From positions 10,881,337 to 10,945,336 of the forward strand of contig CM082586.2 in NCBI GenBank assembly GCA_040954595.2: DNA of 64,000 nucleotides, given 5' to 3'. Shown here piece by piece: positions 50,001 through 64,000 of this stretch. Made by a program: the position numbers and the translations under genes. The notes below the pieces were generated by a model, which saw nothing but the letters and a program-made list of their open reading frames with translations, searched no databases and had not been told where the DNA came from. The DNA comes from Balanoglossus misakiensis. Its lineage: Eukaryota > Animalia > Hemichordata. Within the stretch, counting starts at the first letter, position 1. Each line of letters opens with the position of its first letter.

Positions 50001-53000
50001 TTGCAAAATCTCAAAATTTCGTCGATTTTTGAAGAAAATCATGGGTGAAAATCATCAAAAAATGACAAATTTTCGACTTTGCAAAATCTCAAAATTTCGT
50101 CGATTTTTGAAAAAATCATGGGTGAAAATCATGAAAAAATGACAAATTTTCGACTTTGCAAAATCTGAAAATTTCGTCGATTTTTGAAAAAAATCATGGG
50201 GGAAAATGATCAAAAAATGACAAATTTTCGACTGCAAAATCTCAAAATTTCGTCAATTTTGAAAAAAATCATGGTTGAAAATCATCAAAAAATGACAATT
50301 TTTTTACTGCAAAATCTCAAAATTTCATCGATTTTTGAAAAAAATCATGGGTAAAAATCATCAAAAAATGACACATTTTCGACTTTGCAAAATCTCAAAA
50401 TTTCGTCGATTTTTGAAAAAAAATCATGGGTGAAAATCATCAAAAAATGACAAATTTTCGTCTTTGCAAAATCTCAAAATTTCGTCCATTTCTGAAAAAA
50501 AATTATGGGTAAAAATCATCAAAAATGACAAATTTTCATCTTTGCAAAATCTCAAATTTTCGTCGATTTTGAAAAAAATCATAGGTACGTCGATTTTTTT
50601 AAAAAAAACATGGGTGAAAATCATCAAAAAATGACAAATTTTCGACTTTGCAAAATCTCAACATTTCGTCGATTTTTGAAAAAAATCATGGGTGAAAATC
50701 ATCAAAAAATGACAAATTTTCGACTTTGCAAAATCTCAAAATTTTGTTGATTTTTGAAAAAAATCATAGGTGAAAATCATCAAAAAATGACAAATTTTCG
50801 ACTTTGCAAAATCTCAAAATTTCGTCAATTTTTGAAGAAAATCATGGGTGAAAATCATCAAAAAATGACAAATTTTCGACTTTGCAAAATCTCAAAATTT
50901 TTTCGATTTTTGAAAAAAGACATGGGTGAAAATCATCAAAAAATGACAAATTTTCGACTTTGCAAAATCTCAAAATTTCGTCGATTTTTGAAAAAAATCA
51001 TGGGGGAAAATCATGAAAAAAATGACAAATTTTCCTCTTTGCAAAATCTCAAAATTTCGTCGATTTTTAAAAAAAGACATGGGTGAAAATCATCAAAAAA
51101 TAACAAATTTTCGACTTTGCAAAATCTCAAAATTTCGTCCATTTTTGAAAAAAAATCATGGGTGAAAATCATCAAAAAATGACACATTTTCGACTTTGCA
51201 AAATCTCAAAATTTCGTCGATTTTTGAAAAAAAATCATGGGTGAAAATCATCAAAAAATGACAAATTTTCGTCTTTGCAAAATCTCAAAATTTCGTCGAA
51301 TTTTTGAAAAAAAACATGGATGAAAATCATCGAAAAATGACAAATTTTCGACTGCAAAATCTCAAAATTTTGTCGATTTTGAAAAAAGTATGGGTTCGAC
51401 GATTTTTAAAAAAAATCATGGGTGAAAATCATCAAAAAATGACAAATTTTCGACTTTGCAAGAACTTCGAGATTTTCGTCGATTTTTGAAAAAAAAAATC
51501 GTGGGGGGGGGGGAAATCATAAAAAAATGACAAATTTTCGACTTTGCAAAATCTCAAAATATCGTCGATTTTGGAAAAAAAAACATGGGTTCGTCGAAAA
51601 AAAAACATGGGTGAAAATCATCAAAAAATGACAAATTTTCGACTTTGCAAAATCTCAAAAGTCCGTCGATTTAAAAAAAAACATGGGTGAAAATCTTCAA
51701 AAATGACAAAGTTTCGACTTTGCAAAAGCTCAAAATTTCATCGATTTCTGAAAAAAATCATAGGGGAAAATCATCAAAAAATGACAAATTTTCGACTGCA
51801 AAATCTTAAAATTTCGTCAATTTTTGAAAAAAATCATGGGTAAAAATCATCAATAAATGAAAAATTTTCGACTTTGCAAAATCTCAAAATTTCGTCGATT
51901 TTTGAAAAAAATCATGGGTGAAAATCATCAAAAAATGACAAATTTTCGACTTTGCAAAATTTTCAAAAATTCGTTGATTTTTGAAAAAAAAATGGGTTAT
52001 AGCTTATGAAAATCATCAACAAATGACAAATTTTCGACTTTGCAAAATCTCAAAATTTCGTCGATTTTGAAAAAAATCATGGGTTCGTCGATTTTTGAAA
52101 AAAAACATGGGTGAAAATCTTCAAAAAATGACAAATTTTCGACTTTGCAAAAACTGAAAATTTCGTCGATTTTTGAAAAAAATAATGAGTGAAAATCATC
52201 AAAAAAGACAAAGTTTCGACTTTGCAAAATCTCAAAATTTCGTCGATTTCTGAAAAAAATCATGGGTAAAATCGTCAAAAAAAGACAGATTTTCGACAGC
52301 AAAATCTTAAAATTTCGGCAATTTTTGAAAAAAAATCATGGGTAAAAATCATCAAAAAATGACAAATTTTCGACTTTGCAAAATCTCAAAATTTCGTCAA
52401 TTTTTGAAAAAAAAATCGTGGGGGGGGGGGGGGGAAATCATCAAAAAAATGACAAATTTTCGACTTTGCAAAATTTTGAAAAATTCGTCGATTTTAAAAA
52501 AAAAACATGGGTTCGTCCATTTTTGAAAAAAAAACATGGGTGAAAATCATCAACAAATGACAAATGTTCAACTTTGCAAAATCTCAAAATTTCGTCGATT
52601 TTTGAAAAAAAAAAACATGGGTTCGTCCATTTTTGAAAAAAAAAACATGGGTGAAAATCATCAACAAATGACAAATGTTCAACTTTGCAAAATCTCAAAA
52701 TATTGTCGATTTTTGAAAAAAAATCATGGGTTCGTTGATTTTTGAAAAAAAAACATGGGTGAAAATCATCAAAAAATTACAAATTTTCGTCTTTGCAAAA
52801 TCTCAAAATTTCGTCGATTTTTGAAAAAAAAAATCATGGGTAAAAATCATCAAAAAAATACAAATTTTCGACTTTGCAAAATCTAAAAATTTTGTCGATT
52901 TTTGAAAAAAATCATGGGTGAAAATCATCAAAAAATGACAAATTTTCGACTTTGCAAAATCTCAAAATTTCGTAGATTTTTGAAAAAAAATCATGGGTTC

Positions 53001-56000
53001 GTTGATTTTTGAAAAAAAAACATGGGTGAAAATCATCAAAAAATTACAAATTTTCGAATTTGCAAAATCTCAAAATTTCGTCGATTTTTGAAAAAAAAAC
53101 ATGGGTGAAAATCATCAAAAAATGACAAATTTTCGACTTTGCAAAATCTCAAAATTTCGTAAATTTTTGAAAAAAAGTCATGGGTGAAAATCATAAAAAA
53201 ATTACAAATTTTCGTCTTTGCAAAATCTCAAAATTTCGTCGATTTTTGAAAAAAATAATGAGTGAAAATCATCAAAAAAGACAAAGTTTCGACTTTGCAA
53301 AATCTCAAAATTTCGTCGATTTCTGAAAAAAATCATGGGTAAAATCGTCAAAAAAAGACAGATTTTCGACAGCAAAATCTTAAAATTTCGGCAATTTTTG
53401 AAAAAAAATCATGGGTAAAAATCATCAAAAAATGACAAATTTTCGACTTTGCAAAATCTCAAAATTTCGTCAATTTTTGAAAAAAAAATCGTGGGGGGGG
53501 GGGGAAATCATCAAAAAAATGACAAATTTTCGACTTTGCAAAATTTTCAAAAATTCGTCGATTTTTGAAAAAAAAAACATGGGTTCGTCCATTTTTGAAA
53601 AAAAAAACATGGGTGAAAATCATCAACAAATGACAAATGTTCAACTTTGCAAAATCTCAAAATATTGTCGATTTTTGAAAAAAAATCATGGGTTCGTTGA
53701 TTTTTGAAAAAAAAACATGGGTGAAAATCATCAAAAAATTACAAATTTTCGTCTTTGCAAAATCTCAAAATTTCGTCGATTTTTGAAAAAAAAAATCATG
53801 GGTAAAAATCATCAAAAAAATACAAATTTTCGACTTTGCAAAATCTAAAAATATTGTCGATTTTTGAAAAAAATCATGGGTGAAAATCATCAAAAAATGA
53901 CAAATTTTCGACTTTGCAAAATCTCAAAATTTCGTAGATTTTTGAAAAAAAATCATGGGTTCGTTGATTTTTGAAAAAAAAACATGGGTAAAAATCATCA
54001 AAAAATTACAAATTTTCGACTTTGCAAAATCTAAAAATTTTGTCGATTTTTGAAAAAAATCATGGGTTAAAATCATCAAAAAATGACAAATTTTCGACTT
54101 TGCAAAATCTCAAAATTTCGTCGATTTTTGAAAAAAATCATGGGTTCGTTCAATTTTGAAAAAAAACATGGATGAAAATCATCGAAAAATGACAAATTTT
54201 CGACTGCAAAATCTCAAAATTTTGTCGATTTTGAAAAAAGTATGGGTTCGTCGATTTTAAAAAAAAATCATGGGTGAAAATCATCAAAAAATGACAAATT
54301 TTCGACTTTGCAAGAACTTCGAGATTTTCGTCGATTTTTGAAAAAAAAAATCGTGGGGGGGGGAAATCATAAAAAAATGACAAATTTTCGACTTTGCAAA
54401 ATCTCAAAATATCGTCGATTTTGGAAAAAAAAACATGGGTTCGTCGAAAAAAAAACATGGGTGAAAATCATCAAAAAATGACAAATTTTCGACTTTGCAA
54501 AATCTCAAAAGTCCGTCGATTTAAAAAAAAAACATGGGTGAAAATCTTCAAAAAATGACAAATTTTCGACTTTGCAAGAACTTCGAGATTTTCGTCGATT
54601 TTTGAAAAAAAAAATCGTGGGGGGGGGGGGGAAATCATAAAAAAATGACAAATTTTCGACTTTGCAAAATCTCAAAATATCGTCGATTTTGGAAAAAAAA
54701 ACATGGGTTCGTCGAAAAAAAAACATGGGTGAAAATCATCAAAAAATGACAAATTTTCGACTTTGCAAAATCTCAAAAGTCCGTCGATTTAAAAAAAAAA
54801 CATGGGTGAAAATCTTCAAAAAATGACAAATTTTCGACTTTGCAAAAACTCAAAATTTCGTCGATTTTTGAAAAAAAATCATGGGTTCGTTGATTTTTGA
54901 AAAAAAACATGGGTGAAAATCTTCAAAAAATGATTCTTGAAAAAAAATGGGTGAAAATCATCAAAAATGACAAAGTTTCGACTTTGCAAAATCTCAAAAT
55001 TTCATCGATTTCTGAAAAAAATCATAGGGGAAAATCATCAAAAAATGACAAATTTTCGACTGCAAAATCTTAAAATTTCGTCAATTTTTGAAAAAAATCA
55101 TGGGTAAAAATCATCAATAAATGAAAAATTTTCGACTTTGCAAAATCTCAAAATTTCGTCGATTTTTGAAAAAAATCATGGGTGAAAATCATCAAAAAAT
55201 GACAAATTTTCGACTTTGCAAAATTTTCAAAAATTCGTTGATTTTTGAAAAAAAAATGGGTTATAGCTTATGAAAATCATCAACAAATGACAAATTTTCG
55301 ACTTTGCAAAATCTCAAAATTTCGTCGATTTTGAAAAAAATCATGGGTTCGTCGATTTTTGAAAAAAAACATGGGTGAAAATCTTCAAAAAATGACAAAT
55401 TTTCGACTTTGCAAAACTGAAAAATTTCGTCGATTTTTGAAAAAAATAATGAGTGAAAATCATCAAAAAAGACAAAGTTTCGACTTTGCAAATTCTCAAA
55501 ATTTCGTCGATTTCTGAAAAAAATCATGGGTAAAATCGTCAAAAAAAGACAGATTTTCGACAGCAAAATCTTAAAATTTCGTCAATTTTTGAAAAAAAAT
55601 CATGGGTAAAAATCATCAAAAAATGACAAATTTTCGACTTTGCAAAATCTCAAAATTTCGTCAATTTTTGAAAAAAAAATCGTGGGGGGGGGGGGAAATC
55701 ATCAAAAAAATGACAAATTTTCGACTTTGCAAAATTTTGAAAAATTCGTCGATTTTAAAAAAAAACATGGGTTCGTCCATTTTTGAAAAAAAAAACATGG
55801 GTGAAAATCATCAACAAATGACAAATGTTCAACTTTGCAAAATCTCAAAATTTCGTCGATTTTTGAAAAAAAAAATCGTGGGGGGGGGGGGGGGGAAATC
55901 ATCAAAAAAATTACAAATTTTCGACTTAACAAAATTTTCAAAAATTCGTCGATTTTTGAAAAAAAAAAACATGGGTTCGTCCATTTTTGAAAAATAAAAA

Positions 56001-59000
56001 AAAAGGGTGAAAATCATCAACAAATGACAAATGTTCAACTTTGCAAAATCTCAAAATATTGTCGATTTTTGAAAAAAAATCATGGGTTCGTTGATTTTTG
56101 AAAAAAAAACATGGGTGAAAATCATCAAAACATTACAAATTTTCGTCTTTGCAAAATCTCAAAATTTCGTCGATTTTTGAAAAAAAAAATCATGGGTAAA
56201 AATCATCAAAAAAAATACAAATTTTCGACTTTGCAAAATCTAAAAATTTTGTCGATTTTTGAAAAAAATCATGGGTGAAAATCATCAAAAAATGACAAAT
56301 TTTCGACTTTGCAAAATCTCAAAATTTCGTAGATTTTTGAAAAAAAATCATGGGTTCGTTGATTTTTGAAAAAAAAACATGGGTGAAAATCATCAAAAAA
56401 TTACAAATTTTCGAATTTGCAAAATCTCAAAATTTCGTCGATTTTTGAAAAAAAAACATGGGTGAAAATCATCAAAAAATGACAAATTTTCGACTTTGCA
56501 AAATCTCAAAATTTCGTAAATTTTTGAAAAAAAGTCATGGGTGAAAATCATAAAAAAATTACAAATTTTCGTCTTTGCAAAATCTCAAAATTTCGTCGAT
56601 TTTTGAAAAAAAAAATCATGGGTAAAAATCATCAAAAAATTACAAATTTTCGACTTTGCAAAATCTAAAAATTTTGTCGATTTTTGAAAAAAATCATGGG
56701 TGAAAATCATCAAAAAATGACAAATTTTCGACTTTGCAAAATCTCAAAATTTCGTCGATTTTTGAAAAAAATCATGGGTTCGTTCAATTTTGAAAAAAAA
56801 AACATGGGTGAAAATCATCAAAAAATTACAAATTTTCGACTTTGCAAAATCTCAAAATTTTGTCGATTTTTGAAAAAAAATCATGGGTGAAAATCATTAA
56901 TAAATGACAAATTTTCGACTTTGCAAAATCTCAAAATTTCGTCGATTTTTGAAAAAAAATCATGGGTGAAAATCATCAAAAAATTACAAATTTTCGACTT
57001 TGCAAAATCTCAAAATTTCGTCGATTTTTGAGAAAAATCATGGGTGAAAATCATCAAAAAATGACAAATTTTCGACTTTGCAAAATCTCAAAATTTTGTC
57101 GATTTTTGAAAAAAAATCATGGGTTCGTTGATTTTTGAAAAAAAACATGGGTGAAAATCATCAAAAAATTACAAATTTTCGAATTTGCAAAATCTCAAAA
57201 TTTCGTCGATTTTGGAAAAAAAAACATGGGTGAAAATCATCAAAAAATTACAAATTTTCGACTTTGCAAAATCTCAAAATTTCGTAGATTTTGGAAAAAA
57301 AAATCATGGGTTCGTCGATTTTTGAAAAAAATCATGGGTGAAAATCATCAAAAAATGACAAATTTTCGTCTTTGCAAAATCCCAAAATTTGGTCGATTTT
57401 TGAAAAACAAAATCATGGGAAAAAATCATCAAAAAATGACAAATTTTCGACTTTGCAAAATCTCAAAATTTCGTAAATTTTTGAAAAAAAGTCATGGGTG
57501 AAAATCATCAAAAAATTACAAATTTTCGTCTTTGCAAAATCTCAAAATTTCGTCGATTTTTGAAAAAAAAAATCATGGGTAAAAATCATCAAAAAATTAC
57601 AAATTTTCGACTTTGCAAAATCTAAAAATTTTGTCGATTTTTGAAAAAAACAATCATGGTGAAAATCATCAAAAAATGACAAATTTTCGACTTTGCAAAA
57701 TCTCAAAATGTCAATTTTTTAAAAAAATCATGAGTTCATTGATTTTTAAAAAAAAACATTGGTGTCAATTTTTTAAAAAAATCATGGGTTCGTTGATTTT
57801 TAAAAAAAAACATTGGTGAAAATCATCAAAAAATTACAAATTTTCGACTTTGCAAAATCTCAAAATTTCGTACATTTTTGAAAAAAAATCATGGGTGAAA
57901 ATCATCAAAAAATGACAAATTTTCGTCTTTGCAAAATCTCAAAATTTCGTCATTTTTTAAAAAAAAATCATGGTGAAAATCATCAAAAAATGACAAATTG
58001 TCGACTTTGCAAAATCTAAAAATTTTGTCGATTTTTGAAAAAAATCATGGGTGAAAATAATCAAAAAATGACAAATTTTCGACTTTGCAAAATCTCAAAA
58101 TTTCGTCGATTTTTGAAAAAAATCATGGGTGAAAATCATCAAAAAATGACAAATTTTCGACTTTGCAAAATCTCAAAATTTTGTCGATTTTTGAAAAAAA
58201 ATCATGGGTTCGTTGATTTTTGAAAAAAAACATGGGTGAAAATCATCAAAAAATTACAAATTTTCGTCTTTGCAAAATCTCAAAATTTCGTCGATTTTTG
58301 AAAAAAAAAATCATGGGTAAAAATCATCAAAAAAAATACAAATTTTCGACTTTGCAAAATCTAAAAATTTTGTCGATTTTTGAAAAAAATCATGGGTGAA
58401 AATCATCAAAAAATGACAAATTTTCGACTTTGCAAAATCTCAAAATTTCGTAGATTTTTGAAAAAAAATCATGGGTTCGTTGATTTTTGAAAAAAAAACA
58501 TGGGTGAAAATCATCAAAAAATTACAAATTTTCGAATTTGCAAAATCTCAAAATTTCGTCGATTTTTGAAAAAAAAACATGGGTGAAAATCATCAAAAAA
58601 TGACAAATTTTCGACTTTGCAAAATCTCAAAATTTCGTAAATTTTTGAAAAAAAGTCATGGGTGAAAATCATAAAAAAATTACAAATTTTCGTCTTTGCA
58701 AAATCTCAAAATTTCGTCGATTTTTGAAAAAAAAAATCATGGGTAAAAATCATCAAAAAATTACAAATTTTCGACTTTGCAAAATCTAAAAATTTTGTCG
58801 ATTTTTGAAAAAAATCATGGGTGAAAATCATCAAAAAATGACAAATTTTCGACTTTGCAAAATCTCAAAATTTCGTCGATTTTTGAAAAAAATCATGGGT
58901 TCGTTCAATTTTGAAAAAAAAAACATGGGTGAAAATCATCAAAAAATTACAAATTTTCGACTTTGCAAAATCTCAAAATTTTGTCGATTTTTGAAAAAAA

Positions 59001-62000
59001 ATCATGGGTGAAAATCATTAATAAATGACAAATTTTCGACTTTGCAAAATCTCAAAATTTCGTCGATTTTTGAAAAAAAATCATGGGTGAAAATCATCAA
59101 AAAATTACAAATTTTCGACTTTGCAAAATCTCAAAATTTCGTCGATTTTTGAGAAAAATCATGGGTGAAAATCATCAAAAAATGACAAATTTTCGACTTT
59201 GCAAAATCTCAAAATTTTGTCGATTTTTGAAAAAAAATCATGGGTTCGTTGATTTTTGAAAAAAAACATGGGTGAAAATCATCAAAAAATTACAAATTTT
59301 CGAATTTGCAAAATCTCAAAATTTCGTCGATTTTGGAAAAAAAAACATGGGTGAAAATCATCAAAAAATTACAAATTTTCGACTTTGCAAAATCTCAAAA
59401 TTTCGTAGATTTTGGAAAAAAAAATCATGGGTTCGTCGATTTTTGAAAAAAATCATGGGTGAAAATCATCAAAAAATGACAAATTTTCGTCTTTGCAAAA
59501 TCCCAAAATTTGGTCGATTTTTGAAAAACAAAATCATGGGAAAAAATCATCAAAAAATGACAAATTTTCGACTTTGCAAAATCTCAAAATTTCGTAAATT
59601 TTTGAAAAAAAGTCATGGGTGAAAATCATCAAAAAATTACAAATTTTCGTCTTTGCAAAATCTCAAAATTTCGTCGATTTTTGAAAAAAAAAATCATGGG
59701 TAAAAATCATCAAAAAATTACAAATTTTCGACTTTGCAAAATCTAAAAATTTTGTCGATTTTTGAAAAAAACAATCATGGTGAAAATCATCAAAAAATGA
59801 CAAATTTTCGACTTTGCAAAATCTCAAAATGTCAATTTTTTAAAAAAATCATGAGTTCGTTGATTTTTAAAAAAAAACATTGGTGTCAATTTTTTAAAAA
59901 AATCATGGGTTCGTTGATTTTTAAAAAAAAACATTGGTGAAAATCATCAAAAAATTACAAATTTTCGACTTTGCAAAATCTCAAAATTTCGTACATTTTT
60001 GAAAAAAAATCATGGGTGAAAATCATCAAAAAATGACAAATTTTCGTCTTTGCAAAATCTCAAAATTTCGTCATTTTTTAAAAAAAAATCATGGTGAAAA
60101 TCATCAAAAAATGACAAATTGTCGACTTTGCAAAATCTAAAAATTTTGTCGATTTTTGAAAAAAATCATGGGTGAAAATAATCAAAAAATGACAAATTTT
60201 CGACTTTGCAAAATCTCAAAATTTCGTCGATTTTTGAAAAAAATCATGGGTGAAAATCATCAAAAAATGACAAATTTTCGACTTTGCAAAATCTCAAAAT
60301 TTTGTCGATTTTTGAAAAAAAATCATGGGTTCGTTGATTTTTGAAAAAAAACATGGGTGAAAATCATCAAAAAATTACAAATTTTCGAATTTGCAAAATC
60401 TCAAAATTTCGTCGATTTTTGAAAAAAAAAACATGGGTGAAAATCATCAAAAAATGACAAATTTTCGACTTTGCAAAATCTCAAAATTTCGTAAATTTTT
60501 GAAAAAAAGTCATGGGTGAAAATCATCAAAAAATTAAAAAGTTTCGTCTTTGCAAAATCTCAAAAAATCGTCGATTTTTGAAAAAAAAAATCATGGGTAA
60601 AAATCATCAAAAAATTACAAATTTTCGACTTTGCAAAATCTAAAAATTTTGTCGATTTTTGAAAAAAATCATGGGTGAAAATCATCAAAAAATGACAAAT
60701 TTTCGACTTTGCAAAATCTCAAAATTTCGTCGATTTTTGAAAAAAATCATGGGTGAAAATCATCAAAAAATGACAAATTTTCGACTTTGCAAAATCTCAA
60801 AATTTCGTAAATTTTTGAAAAAAAGTCATGGGTGAAAATCATCAAAAAATTAAAAAGTTTCGTCTTTGCAAAATCTCAAAATTTCGTCGATTTTTGAAAA
60901 AAAAATCATGGGTAAAAATCATCAAAAAATTACAAATTTTCGACTTTGCAAAATCTAAAAATTTTGTCGATTTTTGAAAAAAATCATGGGTGAAAATCAT
61001 CAAAAAATGACAAATTTTCGACTTTGCAAAATCTTAAATTTCGTCGATTTTTGAAAAAAATCATGGGTGAAAATCATCAAAAAATGACAAATTTTTGACT
61101 TTGCAAAATCTCAAAATTTCGTCGATTTTTGAGAAAAATCATAGGAAAAAATTATCAAAAAATGACAAATTTTCGACTTTGCAAAATCTCAAAATTTCGT
61201 CGATTTTTGAAAAAAATCATGGGTGAAAATCATCAAAAAATGACAAATTTTCGACTTTGCAAAATCTTAAATTTCGTCGATTTTTGAAAAAAATCATGGG
61301 TGAAAATCATCAAAAAATGACAAATTTTTGACTTTGCAAAATCTCAAAATTTCGTCGATTTTTGAGAAAAATCATGGGTGAAAATCATCAAAAAATGACA
61401 AATTTTCGTCTTTGCAAAATCTCAAAATTTGGTCGATTTTTGAAAAAAAAAATCATGGGTAAAAATCATCAAAAAATGACAAATTTTCGACTTTGCAAAA
61501 TCTCAAATTTCGTCGATTTTTGAAAAGAATCATGGGTGAAAATCATCAAAAAATGACAAATTTTCGACTTTGCAAAATCTCAAAATTTCGTCGATTTTTG
61601 AGAAAAATCATGGGTGAAAATCATCAAAAAACGACAAATTTTCGTCTTTGCAAAATCTCAAAATTTCGTCGATTTTTGAAAAAAATCATGGGTGAAAATC
61701 ATCAAAAAATGACAATTTTTTGTCTTTGCAAAATCTCAAAATTTGGTCGATTTTTGAAAAACAAAATCATGGGAAAAAATCATCAAAAAATGACAAATTT
61801 TCGACTTTGCAAAATCTCAAAATTTCGTCGATTTTGGAAAAAAAAACATGGGTGAAAATCATCAAAAAATTACAAATTTTCGACTTTGCAAAATCTCAAA
61901 ATTTTGTCGATTTTTGAAAAAAAATCATGGGTGAAAATCATTAATAAATGACAAATTTTCGACTTTGCAAAATCTCAAAATTTCGTCGATTTTTGAAAAA

Positions 62001-64000
62001 AAATCATGGGTGAAAATCATCAAAAAATTACAAATTTTCGACTTTGCAAAATCTCAAAATTTCGTCGATTTTTGAGAAAAATCATGGGTGAAAATCATCA
62101 AAAAATGACAAATTTTCGACTTTGCAAAATCTCAAAATTTTGTCGATTTTTGAAAAAAAATCATGGGTTCGTTGATTTTTGAAAAAAAACATGGGTGAAA
62201 ATCATCAAAAAATTACAAATTTTCGAATTTGCAAAATCTCAAAATTTTGTCGATTTTTGAAAAAAATCATGGGTGAAAATCATCAAAAAATGACACATTT
62301 TCGACTTTGCAAAATCTCAAAATTTCGTCGATTTTTGAAAAAAATCATGGGTGAAAATCATCAAAAAATGACAAATTTTCGACTTTGCAAAATCTCAAAA
62401 TTTCGTCGATTTTTGAAAAAAATCATGGGTTCGTTCAATTTTGAAAAAAAATATGGGTGAAAATCATCAAAAAATTACAAATTTTCGTCTTTGCAAAATC
62501 TCAAAATTTCGTCGATTTTTGAAAAAAAAAATCATGGGTAAAAATCATCAAAAAATTACAAATTTTCGACTTTGCAAAATCTAAAAATTTTGTCGATTTT
62601 TGAAAAAAATCATGGGTGAAAATCATCAAAAAATGACAAATTTTCGACTTTGCAAAATCTCAAAATTTCGTAGATTTTTGAAAAAAAATCATGGGTTCGT
62701 TGATTTTTGAAAAAAAAAGGGTGAAAATCATCAAAAAATTACAAATTTTCGAATTTGCAAAATCTCAAAATTTCGTCGATTTTTGAAAAAAAAAATCATG
62801 GGTAAAAATCATCAAAAAATGACAAATTTTCGACTTTGCAAAATCTCAAAATTTCGTCGATTTTTGAAAAAAATCATGGGTTCGTTCAATTTTGAAAAAA
62901 AACATGGGTGAAAATCATCAAAAAATTACAAATTTTCGACTTTGCAAAATCTCAAAAATTTGTCGATTTTTGAAAAAAAATCATGGGTGAAAATCATTAA
63001 TAAATGACAAATTTTCGACTTTGCAAAATCTCAAAATTTCGTCGATTTTTGAAAAAAAAAACATGGGTGAAAATCATCAAAAAATGACAAATTTTCGACT
63101 TTGCAAAATCTCAAAATTTCGTCGATTTTTGAAAAAAATCATGGGTTCGTTCAATTTTGAAAAAAAACATGGGTGAAAATCATCAAAAAATTACAAATTT
63201 TCGACTTTGCAAAATCTCAAAATTTTGTCGATTTTTGAAAAAAAATCATGGGTGAAAATCATTAATAAATGACAAATTTTCGACTTTGCAAAATCTCAAA
63301 ATTTCGTCGATTTTTGAAAAAAAATCATGGGTGAAAATCATCAAAAAATTACAAATTTTCGACTTTGCAAAATCTCAAAATTTCGTCGATTTTTGAGAAA
63401 AATCATGGGTGAAAATCATCAAAAAATGACAAATTTTCGACTTTGCAAAATCTCAAAATTTTGTCGATTTTTGAAAAAAAATCATGGGTTCGTTGATTTT
63501 TGAAAAAAAACATGGGTGAAAATCATCAAAAAATTACAAATTTTCGAATTTGCAAAATCTCAAAATTTTGTCGATTTTTGAAAAAAATCATGGGTGAAAA
63601 TCATCAAAAAATGACACATTTTCGACTTTGCAAAATCTCAAAATTTCGTCGATTTTTGAAAAAAATCATGGGTGAAAATCATCAAAAAATGACAAATTTT
63701 CGACTTTGCAAAATCTCAAAATTTCGTCGATTTTTGAAAAAAATCATGGGTTCGTTCAATTTTGAAAAAAAACATGGGTGAAAATCATCAAAAAATTACA
63801 AATTTTCGACTTTGCAAAATCTCAAAAATTTGTCGATTTTTGAAAAAAAATCATGGGTGAAAATCATTAATAAATGATAAATTTTCGACATTGCAAAATC
63901 TCAAAATTTCGTCGATTTTTGAAAAAAAATCATGGGTGAAAATCATCAAAAAATTACAAATTTTCGACTTTGCAAAATCTCAAAATTTCGTCGATTTTTG
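44051..64000. repeat. 78-bp satellite DNA array (>=20 kb, runs off the window) with higher-order structure
   Basis: Monomer ttttcgactttgcaaaatctcaaaatttcgtcgatttttgaaaaaaatcatgggtgaaaatcatcaaaaaatgacaaa (78 nt; 26-aa periodicity in the ORF track). Confidence 0.99.

Noticed and set aside
44051-64000. Dozens of ORFs with MGENHQKMTNFRLCKISKFRRFLKK repeats
   Set aside because: These are translations of a 78-bp satellite. A-run length variation shifts the frame constantly.
44051-64000. CENP-B box in the satellite (TTTCGTCG...)
   Set aside because: It lacks the A..CGGG half of the nTTCGnnnnAnnCGGGn consensus.

Overview
Eukaryotic, AT-rich, repeat-dominated DNA, probably from a marine invertebrate (inferred from the repeat types). 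No prokaryotic genes, rRNA/tRNA or CRISPR array were found. Bases 1-44050 are a nested mosaic of non-autonomous DNA transposons (TTAA-TSD Kolobok-like, TAA-TSD Harbinger/Zator-like, P-like, AcademH-like, a 4-kb foldback element with ~170-bp subunits, and Helentron/DINE-like elements), L2/CR1-group LINE fragments and an intron-containing hAT (ZNF862-like) transposase relic. Two host-gene signals stand out. One is an apparently orphaned, frameshifted terminal exon of UBE2J1 (minus strand, 30067-30641). The other is a set of small spliceosomal exons (minus strand) inside a local segmental duplication (~7.9-13.4 kb and ~16.1-19.9 kb), where two paralogous exons differ by an internal inversion, so that splicing them together would give both an open secreted-peptide-like frame and an RNA hairpin. 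From ~44051 to the end, the window is a 78-bp satellite array with kb-scale higher-order repeats and position-dependent variants. Nearly all ORFs in the supplied track are spurious.
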